A stretch of 64,000 bases of DNA, from contig NIVC01000020.1 in the NCBI GenBank assembly GCA_002269645.1, forward strand, positions 1,364,001-1,428,000. Direction: 5' to 3'. The stretch's first letter is position 1, and every line of letters begins with the position of its first letter. The translations under genes and the position numbers were made by a program. The notes beneath the pieces were generated by a model. It did no database searches. It was not told the DNA's origin and saw only the letters and a list, made by a program, of their open reading frames with translations. Shown in pieces: positions 1 through 12,100 of the stretch. The stretch is from Macrostomum lignano (taxonomy: Eukaryota).

Positions 1-3000
1 TCTAGTCCCTTTTTATAGCTAGGTGAAATAAAACAATAAAGAGTCAAATATCTTATTCAAGGATATAGGCCTACAACTTGTTATAAATGGGTTAAGAATC
101 AAATCCCAACTTTTCAATTGAGTCCAATATTCTTACTAGGGCTAAGCCTACCATTTTAATTAAAAATAAGTGAAATAAACAAGACAATAATTCAGTCATA
201 GGCCTACCATAACAAAAGACCCTACTATGAGTTTTAGACCTAAAAACAAAAACATCATTCCTGGTGGTGGTTACAATGTAATCTAACATTAATAGTTCTG
301 TCAATTTAACATTCAAATAAGCAAGTCTAAGCAGGAACAGGCTAGGTCTAGCTCCAAGTGCAATGTATGTACTAGTGCATCATACAGCATAGGTCTTTGT
401 GACCAAATATTTTTTATTTACTTTCGTCTCACTAACTCATTATGTCGATGGACTTATTCAAGTTATTGTTATATTTGTAGATTTGTAATTAGGGACATTT
501 AGTTTTGGGTTTTATTCAGCATATTAATTGGGGTAGGCTTATTGTTAAAAGATAGGCTTACGCTTAACTTCTGAGCTTAGTAATGGTCAAATGTCTAGTT
601 AAAACCAGTTCAGTAGGAAAACTCCGTAGCCTTCGTTACTTCGCAACATCGGGATGTTCTCAAGGCCATGTTTATTTATAGATTTACCACCTTCATAGAC
701 TTTAATGTTTTATTTACTGAAAATTTATAGGATATTTCAATCTTATTTTACATAACTATATCCGGTCTTGGCCCCATTCTTTAATATTTATCGTATCCGC
801 TTGTTTTAAACGGTAAAATAGGCCAGAAGTCACATGACCTAATGAGAATATTGAAACTTTGGGAATTACAAAAATTCTTAAAATAGCACAATTAGATTAG
901 ATAACGCTGGCTTTTTCCTTTAGCTGGAAATACACTTAAATGAATGAATTGATTAAAAGCAATATTCAAAGCAATTAAATTCACGTCGCCAAGTTCTATC
1001 TTGTATATAAGGACTAAGGCTGAAGTAGGGCCCGGTACGGAAGACCCGAAAATGAATTAGCCGTTGAGCTAGCCGTGACTAAGCAAAATTTTTAATGTGA
1101 ATTCACCCCGTAATTATACATTCGTGGCTGTGGTGCCATTTGTACGAGTCTATTTCTTTTCCTTCTACTGCGACGGCGGATTAATACATGTAATAATAAA
1201 TCTAAAAATATACAGTAGTATACATGTATATAGTAGGCAGATTTTCAGCTTGCACTTTAGCGCGTCACATTTTAACCAACTGTAAGCTTTATAGGGTCTC
1301 GGGACGGCTGTATGCTGATTTCCTTAGCAATAAGGCTGTCATTTGAGAGGGCTTTACATTTTAGGTTTCCAAGTTTTTTTAACAGAAGAAGAAGCGAATG
1401 TAAACATTTTCACGGTTTTCAATATTTTCTATTGATTTATTAGTCAATAAAAAGCGAGTGTTAGACGATTGGTTGGTCGCTGTTAGATTAAAAAGAAGAA
1501 AGGAACAATTTTTAAATAGAAATACTGCAGGTGCACTCGCAGAGCCCATGTCGTGCTGGCTGGGGGCGAGAACTTTGCTAACCGGACACGGGCGGATAGA
1601 AAAAGACAAATCAAGCAGCAATTCTAACGGGAAGAAGAAAAGGAGCAACACGCGGTGCTTCGAAAGAAAATCAGCATAACAAAAGCAGCTATAGTTGATA
1701 GCTAATAAATATGAATGGGATCTACAGGAAAGGTGGGACTATTTACGGCTAAGGAAGTTGGATCCCCAGTTGTCCCAAGATGCGGCAAGTGAGACGCCAG
1801 CAAAACAGAAAATTTAGGGCTTATATGCAAAAAGCGGGGAGGCAGCGGGATCGGTAAGCACAAACAAGGACACCGCTAAACCGGATTGGGCAGATTCAGT
1901 TCAAAAAGGTTGCAAGCAAAAATGAATAACATAGGAAGAAAAATGGCGGGAGGCGGGCAGTTCGACCCGGTAAAAAACGAAAAACATTAATTAAACTCAT
2001 CGCAATTAATTTGGAGCAGCAATTAAGCCAAACAAGGTGCAGGGTGCGGGGCTACTCATCAACTCAGCAACTCAGGTGTTAATATTGCTCTATACAACAG
2101 GCAACAAGCCTGACTACTTAGCCAGCAGTAGTTTAACCACAACAAATAGCAGCAGTTTAGTTCCAATCTACTGACATCGCACGCCGGCAGTAGTATGAGG
2201 CGCATTTCATATTTTTGGCGAAACTTAAACGAAGTATATTGATTGCTTCTTTATATTATTTTAGTTCACCTCATACTACTTGCAATAGGATTAAATGAAA
2301 TACTTTAGTGTTAAGAGAATTCCGAGAACGAACAGTCAATAAAGGCCGACTTAGCGATAAATTTCCAAGAAAGCAAAAGCCATGATGAAAAAAATTTCTG
2401 GTCCCTGTTGCAGGTTTGCTTCTTTAGTTAAATATAAAAAAACAGAAATGATTTGATGAAAAATCGCATTGTTGCAAGAGGTGCTTCGATGACTAGAGAG
2501 TCCGAGTGTCCCCGTTTAAATTTTGATCAAGACATCAACAGAAAATCCGCTCTCGGGAACTGCCAAGGGCCCAAATTGTTAAAATTCTAAATAATTTTGA
2601 TTAGTGCAATAAAAAAGAACAAAAAAGCAGACGAATACTACTCAGTAATAGCAGTAGTAGAGGTGCGATGCTGCGAGTAGAATTATCACGAGGATGTGAA
2701 ATAAAATATACAGCAGGTTAAAACTGATACTGCAGCGGGACGCGAGCCCATCGTTGCAAGTTGGTCGAAATTCGATTCCAGCTGAGCGGCCAGAAGGCGG
2801 GGGCCGGCGGAGTCAATGAAAAATCAATAAAAATTCAAACAGATAAAACAGTGCGGGAACAATGGGGCAATCGGGCATTGGGACTGAGAGTAGTGAGAAA
2901 AAGGTTGCGGCCCCGCAGACAGTTCCGTGTATTCGAGGGCCGATTCGAAAAGGCTCGGCTCAGTAAAACAAAATGTTCCTCAAGTTTTTTTAGCAAATAA

Positions 3001-3180
3001 AAGAAACTCGCACAGCAACCAACCGCTGGGATAGAAAAACTGAAAGAAAAATTAGCGGAAAATGAAACGAATGACGAAGGGAGGGGGGCAGAGGCGGAGG
3101 CGGACAGAAGTGGCGGAAAGGAGGGCAGCAGCGGCCCGAACTCAAAGTAAGCAGCAGCGCGGCGGTCCAGCTGGAGGCCC

Positions 3181-6100
3181 TCACAGGTCGGTCTCGCCGT
3201 ACAGCGTGGCTGAGAAGGTCGTGTAGTCCAGCGCGCCCGGCGGAGCGTCCGGCCCGCCGTAGGGCGACATGCGCTGGATGCAGTACTCCGCCTGGTCCGG
3301 CGGCAGCTCGCGGCGCAGCACCTCCGAGGTCACGTATGGCTAGTTGGGGGGATTGAGATCAGGATCAGTCTTTAAGAATTCACAGCAGCTAGTTGGGTCA
3401 GCTGGGTCAAGTAATTCGGTTTCGGTCAGCTTTAAAACCTCTGGAGGTCATTTGGGGTCAAGCCAATTGAGGTCAGGGGCTCGAGTCAGTCGGTATCGAA
3501 TGAGCTGGGATCAGATCTGCTTAGGTCAGGGCTCAGGTATCAAGTCAGCTACGGCAATGCAATGGGTCAGGTATGAGGTCAGCTGGGTCAAGTTTCAGGT
3601 CAGCTGGGTCGTTTGTCAGGTCAGCTGGGTTGTGTCAGCTAGGTCAAGTGTCAGGTCAGCTGGGTCAAGCGTCAGGTCAGCTGGGTCAAGTGTCAGGTCA
3701 GCTGGGTCAAGTGTCAGGTCAGCTAGGTCAAGTGTCAGGTCAGCTGGGTCAAGTGTCAGGTCAGCTGGGTCAAGTGTCAGGTCAGCTGGGTCAAGTGTCA
3801 GGTCAGCTGGGTCAAGTGTCAGGTCAGCTAGGTCAAGTGTCAGGTCAGCTGGGTCAAGTGTCAGGTCAGCTGGGTCAAGTGTCAGGTCAGCTGGGTCAAG
3901 TGTCAGGTCAGCTGGGTCAAGTGTCAGGTCAGCTGGGTCAAGTGTCAGGTCAGCTGGGTCGGGGGCCAAGTCAGGTGAGGTGAAGAATGCTCACCAGGTC
4001 GCCAGCCAGGATGCGGAAGGACTGAATGATCTGGTCCGCGGTGTTCTGGTCCGTCTTCTCGCTGGTCATGAAGTCCACAAAGGCGTCGAAGCCGACCTGG
4101 CCGGTGCGGTTGGGGTCCACCAGCGCCATGATGCGCGCGAAGTCCTGCTCGCCCTGCCGGTCGTTGCGGATGTTGTAGCCGAGGGACACCAGGCAGGCCT
4201 TGAACTCGATGGGGTCGAGGCGGCGGGTTTTGCTCTTGTCGAAGTGGTTGAAGCACTTGCGGAACTCCGTCATCTCATCGTTGGTGATGCCCTTGGAGTC
4301 CCTGCGACGGTGGGGAAATCGCTTGCGTTAAATATGCGCAGATTTATTTCAAGGCCTGATCTCGCTTCAAAATATGTCACCTTGATTTGAAAGTTTTCCC
4401 ATCCCATCTCATCTCATCTAATCTCAACTCCTCATCTCATCTAATCTATCTCATCTCACATCTAGCCTGTACTCGTCTGACTGGAGGTGGCTGCAGCCAG
4501 CGGGGAGGCCATGCCCTTTTCGACACGCTCACAAAGGGTGTACAGCGACCCTGAATATCTTATTGCCAGGCATGTACACTGTCTGTGCCTTGGGGGCTGG
4601 CTCTCAAGGGCGAGAGAGACCCTGAATATCTTATTGCCAGGCATGTACACTGTCTGTGCCTTGGGGGCTGGCTCTCAAGGGCGAGAGAGACCCTGAATAT
4701 CTTATTGCCAGGCATGTACACTGTCTGTGCCTTGGGGGCTGGCTCTCAAGGGCGAGAGTCGCACAACAAGCCCCAGGCAATGTTTTGAGCACGGAGCCCC
4801 AACTCGATGAGGCCGCGCTAACCACCAGCCTCAACTATTCGCGACTGGTATACCTGATATTTGTCTCTGGTAAAACCCCATTTGTGCTAAGCTGGCTACA
4901 CAGGAAGCAGCTGCAAGTGTAAAGAACTTGAAGACTCTTGTCTCATGGCAGATTTTTTAAACGCAGAATCAAGCGCTTGACACTTTGAAAAAGCTTTGGG
5001 CCGTATGCAGAAAGCCTAGTAGTCTGGACTTGGGTAGTTCAGTCTATAGTCTATGGTCTAGCTAGCCTAGTTTTGCTATAGTAGACTGGTCTAACTTTGT
5101 GTTTCTGCATACCAAATCCTAGTCTAGACTAGCTTTTCAAGACCGGACTACCCTAGACAGAGCTTTCTGCATACGGCCCTTTGAGAACTGAATAGGTGAA
5201 ACTAGATTTTTATAGATAAATTTGACTGCCGCCTACTGAAGAGTAGTAAGAAAAGAATGTAAAGCAAATATCTTGAAGCGAATGAGAAAAAAACAGTTGC
5301 AAACCGGACTTCGAGCACGGGTCTATGAGTAGTTCCAGTAACCATTCGAATCTCACTTCTGAGCATCAGACATGGACTCACTCATACAGGATCTTACAAT
5401 GACCGTCTATAAGGAATCGTTGGATATGCCGGCGACTTGACCCAGGTGCATGACTCACCTCATGAGAATCTGATTGGCCACTTCGTTAAGCGCTTTGGCA
5501 ATGGAGGTGTGCAGCTGCTCCCAGCCAACACGGATGGTCTCCATTGTGTAGGGCGAGTGCGGGTTGTCGAAGATGAAGGCCTCCTGGATGCTCTGGTTCA
5601 CCCGCTCCATCTCTTCGATGTTGCTCTGCGCAGGTGGCGGGGATGGGGGTTGCTGCATCAGCTCTGTTGTCTGGGATTCTGGGATAACAGAGTTGGGATC
5701 TGGGATTCTGGGATAACAGAGTTGGGATCTGGGATTCTGGGATAACAGAGTCTGGGATCTGGGATTCAGGGATAACTGAGTTGGGATCTGGGATTCTGGG
5801 ATAACAGAGTTGGGATCTGGGATTCTGGGATAACAGAGTCTGGGATCTGGGATTCAGGGATAACTGAGTTGGGATCTGGGATTCTGGGATAACAGAGTTG
5901 GGATCTGGGATTCAGGGATAACTGAGTTGGGATCTGGGATTCTGGGATAACAGAGTTGGGATCTGGGATTCTGGGATAACAGAGTTTGGGATCTGGGATT
6001 CTGGGATAACTGAGTTGGGATCTGGGATTCTGGGATGAGTTGGGATCAGGGATTCTGACATTCTGGGATAACTGTGTTGGGATCTGGGATTCTGGAACAA

Positions 6101-9100
6101 CCAAGAAGCGCCCAATAAGGCTCTCCCACCTTGAATCCTTGCAGCTCGTCCTGGATGGCGTTCAGCCGGCGGTCCTGCTCCTCCAGGCTGAGCTGCCGGC
6201 CGCTGGAGCAGATGCTGGACACGCCGTCCAGCCGCTGCTCGATCCACGGCCCGGCCACGTTGGCCAGGTCGGCGAACTGCCGCCGCAGGCGCTCGTTCTG
6301 GTGCTGCCGGGCCACCTCCTGCTGCAGGCTCTGGTCGCGGGCGGGCACCCGAGCGGAGACTTCGTCCCACTTTATGGCCAGCTCCTGTGGGCGGCATTTG
6401 AGAGCATCGCTAATTGCTGAAAGCCTGGGTCCGGAGTGCTAGGTTAGTTTTGGGACTGGGATCGATTAGTTTTAGGACTGCATGGGATCGATTAGTTTTG
6501 GGACTGGGATCGATTAGTTTTGGGACTGGGATCGATTAGTTTTGGGACTGGGATCGATTAGTTTTGGGACTGCATGGGATCGATTAGTTTTGGGACTGCA
6601 TGGGATCGATTAGTTTTGGGACTGGGATCGATTAGTTTTGGGACTGCATGGGATCGATTAGTTTTGGGACTGCATGGGATCGATTAGTTTTGGGACTGCA
6701 TGGGATCGATTAGTTTTGGGACTGCATGGGATCGATTAGTTTTGGGACTGGGATCGATTAGTTTTGGGACTGGGATCGATTAGTTTTGGGACTAAGGGAA
6801 AAAACAATGTTAAAGATGAAAATAACAGCAATATCTGCACTGCGCCACTGGCAGTAGCATGATGGGGAGTAAAAGCTAAAACTTTCTTTGCTTACTTTAA
6901 AGTAAAAATTAGAAAGGCTGTTGCAATTTAAAACAAATGAGCTGAGAGAACAAGAGCGCAGTAATTGGCGTTGCGCCACGATCCCCCCCCCCCACAGCTC
7001 TGCTCTCTCGCCCAGTCCAGCTGGCTCTCAGTCAGGGTTATCGAATTTCAAGCAGGGCAGTCTGCATTCGCGCCCCGAGACCCCCGCCCGCTGCCCGGCA
7101 CGACAAGGCCTGGACGGGAGACACCCTCACGGGATGGGGCGGTGGGCGGCTCCGTCACGCCCGGTTTCAAGGTGAACCGAGGAGTCTGGAGTGCCAACTC
7201 TGCTACACTGCGAGGCTACAGCAGTCTTCTGTGAAAACTGAAGTCCTGCCGTCTGCCTTGTCCAGTCTCCTGGCTCAGCATCTCCCTGAACCCCCTCAAC
7301 CGCCTCCATCCGCTGTACGCAGCCGAGCCGCAGAAATGCCGAGCTTTGGCCGCAAAGAAGTCTTCAAACTGGCTGGGGGTCACTGCAGCGGCCAGAGGGA
7401 GGGGAGGCCCCGGCACCGCACAGACAGCCGCCTTCCCAGGCTGCAGAGGCTGGGCGGCCCCATCCCCACCCCCTGGATTGATTTCCCGCTCCCTGCCTCC
7501 GCCGTTCGCACTGAAGCGGCTGGGGGGAGGGGGTGGCCGAGCGGGCAATTCGCAAATGGCAAGGGGAAAAATGCGGCCAGGGGGGGGGGGGGGGCTGGGG
7601 ATCCTGCATTGCAGCGGCAGCAAGGCGCTGCACCGTAACAGACACTGAACTGAACTGAACGCCCGCTTGGCAAAATGGCAGAGTGAATCTGGGGGGAGGG
7701 GGGCGCAGACGCAAAAGCCGCAGTTCGGGGCTCCGAAGGCTGCAAGCAAAAGTGCAGCGGCCGCATCCCGCATCCGCTCCCTAGATTGATTGCCGGGCGC
7801 AAAGGTGCAACAGGCGGAGGCTTGGAAGATGTCAGAAGGCGGGAGTCGGGGGGGGGGGGCAGGCTGGCCGTCCTCAACCACAGGCGTCTGCCGTTCCCAG
7901 CCTGTTAAACTCGAATACAGAAATCCTGCAGCTTGCCAAGCTAAACTAGCAATCCAATTATCGGGTTTGTGCGGATCCGCATTGCATGACTCACGGGAGC
8001 TCGCATGATTCACTTCTGCTTCCGTCATGTCGTGACTGGCATGACCCATTAAATATGCATGACCCAATCTTTTTCGAATAGCATGACTCTTTGACCCTGC
8101 ATGACCCAACTAGCATGACCCATTGATCCTGAATGACCCAACTAGGATGACCCATTGATCCTGAATGACCCAACTAGCATGACCCATTGATCCTGCATGA
8201 CCCATTGATTCTGCATGACCCAACTAGCATGACCTATTGATCCTGCATGACTCAACTAGCATGACCCATTGATCCTGCATGACTCAACTAGCATGACCCA
8301 TTGATCCTGCATGACCCAACTAGCATGACCCATTGATCCTGCATGACCCAACTAGCATGACCCATTGATCCTGCATGACCCATTGATCCTGCATGACCCA
8401 TTGATCCTGCATGACCCATTGATCCTGCATGACCCAACTAGCATGACCCATTGATCCTGCATGACCCATTGATCCTGCATGACCCATTGATCCTGCATGA
8501 CCCATTGATCCTGCATGACCCAACTAGCATGACCCATTGATCCTGCATGACCCAACCCAGCATTACCCACCAGGCCCCGCGGCTCACCCTGGCAGTCAGT
8601 CCGGTGTACGGGTTGATCAGCGCGTCGCCGGAAAGGCCGTGGGCGGCGGCCAGCTCGCGCACCTCGGCGTCGATTTGGGCGATGGCGCGGTGCTCGGCCT
8701 CGGCAGCCGGCAGGCTGGCCCGGAACTCCGAGTGGGCGGCCTGCAGCGAGTCCACCTCCTGCACCGAGTACACGATGAAGAAGTCCATCAGGTCCTCGTT
8801 CGCTCCGTCCAGCCAGTTGTTGAACGGGGCCGCCCGCTTGGCGAACTGCAGGTGCAGCTGGTCCAGCGACTCCAGCACCTGCTCCGCCTCGCGCAGGGCC
8901 CGCGACCTGCGACAGCGGACCGGGCTCGACTTCAGGTCCTCCGCTGCCCTCCTGACCTCCGCTACCCTCCTGACCTCCGCTGCCCTCCTGACTTCCGCTA
9001 CCCTCCTGACCTCCGCTACCCTCCTGACCTCCGCTACCCTCCTGACTTCCGCTGCCCTCCTGACCTCCGCTACCCTCCTGACCTCCGCTACCCTCCTGAC

Positions 9101-12100
9101 CTCCGCTACCCTCCTGACCTCCACTGCCCTTCTGACCTTCGCTACCCTCCTGACTTCCGCTGCCCTCGTGACCTCCGCTGCCCTCCTGACTTCCGCTGCC
9201 CTCGTGACCTCCGCTGCCCTCCTGACCTCCGCTACCCTCCTGACCTCCGCTGCCCTTCTGACTTTCGCTACCCTCCTGACCTCCGCTGCCCTCCTGAATG
9301 AATCCAGATGGTCTCACCTGGTGGTGCTGAGGACTCCCAGGCGGTCCCAGGCTCCGCAGATGGCCTGGCAGCGAGAGTTCACGGAGTCCAGGTCATGGTA
9401 GCCCAGGCTGTTCAGGTCCTCGGCAATCTTGCAGATCTGCTCCACCCGCTCCTGGTGAGCGCCGAGGTCGGCCTCGAAAGCCACCTGCTTGTTCATCATG
9501 GCTTTGAGGTCGTTCAGCTTGCACGATTTAAAGTCCTGCGACTGCTGCTGCGCCTCCTTGCCCTCCATCCAGGCCTCGTGGTTGCCGCACTTCAGCACGA
9601 ACTTCTTGTACAGATTCTCCAGCCTGCGGACGGGTGAGTCAGGAGCTACGAGTATGGTTACTGCATTGAGGATATTCTCAACTGTGCAACACCCACCACC
9701 CCAATCTCACCTGTGTAACACCCACCACCCCAATCTCACCTGTGCAACACCCACCACCCGAATCTCACCTGTGCAACACCCACCACCCCAATCTCACCTG
9801 TGTAACACCCACCACCTCAAACTCACCTGTGCAACACCCGCCCCCCCCTCAATCTCACCTGTGCAACACCCGCCACCCGAATCTCACCTGTGCAACACCC
9901 ACCACCCCAATCTCACCTGTGCAACACCCACCACCCCAATCTCACCTGTGCAACACCCACCACCCCAATCTCACCTGTGCAACACCCACCACCACAATCT
10001 CACCTGTGCAACACCCACCACCACAATCTCACCTGTGCAACACCCGCCACCCGAATCTCACCTATGCAACACCCACCACCCCAATCTCACCTGTGCAACA
10101 CCCACCACCCCAATCTCAACTGTGCAACACCCACCACCACAATCTCACCTGTGCAACACCCACCACCACAATCTCACCTGTGCAACACCCGCCACCCGAA
10201 TCTCACCTGTGCAACACCCACCACCACAATCTCAACTGTGCAACACCCACCATCCCATTCTCACCTGTTCATCACCCACCCCCCAAACTCACCTGTGCAG
10301 CCGCTGCATCTCCGCCAGCATCCACTCCTCGAATCCTTTCTCGGCCTTCTCCAGCCCCTTCCAGGCGTTGGCGATGTCGGAGACCAGCTTGCCCTCGGTG
10401 GGCAGGTAGGCAGGCCGGTTGCTGAGGCGCAGTCGAGTCTGCAAGGTGTTGAAGGTGGTCTCCAGCAGGGCCTTCTCCTCCAGTTTGGGCGGCTTCTCAG
10501 CCCGGCGATAGTCTCGAAACTGGTTGAGGCGGTCGCGAACGCCGTCCAGGGTGTTGTCGGTGCTGCGGTCCTCCAGGATCGGGCGGGTCCGCTTGATCCA
10601 GGCTAGCAGGTCGCTGGCCAGGCGCTCGTAGAGGTCCATGAGCTTCTCGTTCTCCTGGTTGACGCGGAGCACCTTGCAGATCCGGTTGGCGGCGGTCTCC
10701 GCCTTCTGGGCGCCCGAGAAGGCGTGGTAGTAGGCAGACACGTAGGTCATCACGGACCGCTCGTCCGGCTTCACGTTGTTCACCATGTCTGCGGGGCATG
10801 ATGCCAGTGTACAGGTGTGATACCAGTGTACAGGTGTGATACCAGTATACAGGTGTGATACCAGTATACAGGTGTGATGGCAGTGTACAGGTGTGATACC
10901 AGTGTACAGGTGTGATACCAGTGTACAGGTGTGATACCAGTGTACAGGTGTGATACCAGTATACAGGTGTGATGGCAGTGTACAGGTGTGATCCCGTGTA
11001 CAGGTGTGATGCCTGTGTACAGGTGTGATACCAGTGTACAGGTGTGATGCCTGTGTACAGGTGTGATGCCTGTGTACAGGTGTGATGCCTGTGTACAGGT
11101 GTGATGCCTGTGTACAGGTGTGATGCCTGTGTACAGGTGTGATATCAGTGTACAGGTGTGATCCCGTGTACAGGTGTGATGCCTGTGTACAGGTATGATA
11201 TCAGTGTACAGGTGTGATCCCGTGTACAGGTGTGATCCCATGTACAGGCGTGATGCCTGTGTACAGGTGTGATACCAGTGTACAGGTGTGATGCCTGTGT
11301 ACAGATGTGATGCCTGTGTACAGGTGTGATGCCTGTGTACAGGTGTGATATCAGTGTACAGGTGTAATTTCAGGTGTGACACCAGATTACCAGTGTACAG
11401 GTGTGATACCAGTGTACAGGTGTGATGCCAGCGTACAGTTGTGATGCCAGCGTACAGGTGTGATGCCAGCGTACAGGTGTGATGCCTGTGTACAGGTGTG
11501 ATGCCTGTGTACAGGTGTGATGCCTGTGTACAGGTGTGATATCAGTGTACAGGTGTAATTTCAGGTGTGACACCAGATTACCAGTGTACAGGTGTGATAC
11601 CAGTGTACAGGTGTAATTTCAGGTGTGACACCAGATTACCAGTGTACAGGTGTGATATCAGTGTACAGGTGTGATCCCGTGTACAGGTGTGATACCAGTG
11701 TACAGGTGTGATGCCAGCGTACAGGTGTGATGCCAGCGTACAGGTGTGATGCCTGTGTACAGGTGTGATGCCTGTGTACTGTTGTGATGTCAGTACACAG
11801 ACAAGATTGGAAGCATAGAAATCTTATGTATAGATGAGAGGACATTGATGCCAATGATGCCAATGAGCTGCACTCATATCCCCAGCGCTCACCTTCGGGA
11901 TCCAACATCCTGGGAATGTCCAGGTGCTTCTCGGCCACATCGAAAGCGAGGTTCAGGTTTTCCAGCGGGTTGTCCTGCAGTTTTTACAGCGTCGGCGAAC
12001 ATTTGAGGTTGGCTAATATAAAGCAATAAAACTGCACTACTTCAAGGCAGCCCGCCTGAGAATTTTATGGCTGCTATAAAACTGGTTAGTAGAAACACCA

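Noticed and set aside
1-3000. Short ORFs (92-316, 1097-1285, 1379-1679, 2761-3000) in the AT-rich region
   Set aside because: No homology or codon bias; more consistent with the actinin 3' UTR and intergenic DNA.
5626-5672. Proline-rich insertion ([15 protein letters not shown]) in actinin spectrin repeat 4 via an upstream acceptor
   Set aside because: The acceptor at 5626-5627 gives an ungapped match to canonical actinin (FKSNIEEME versus YKPKIDQLE); the extra segment is the polypyrimidine tract.
7216-8109. 297-aa minus-strand ORF and overlapping ORFs in a GC-rich actinin intron segment
   Set aside because: Low-complexity, G/C-run-driven openness, no recognisable domain, and not needed for the actinin model.
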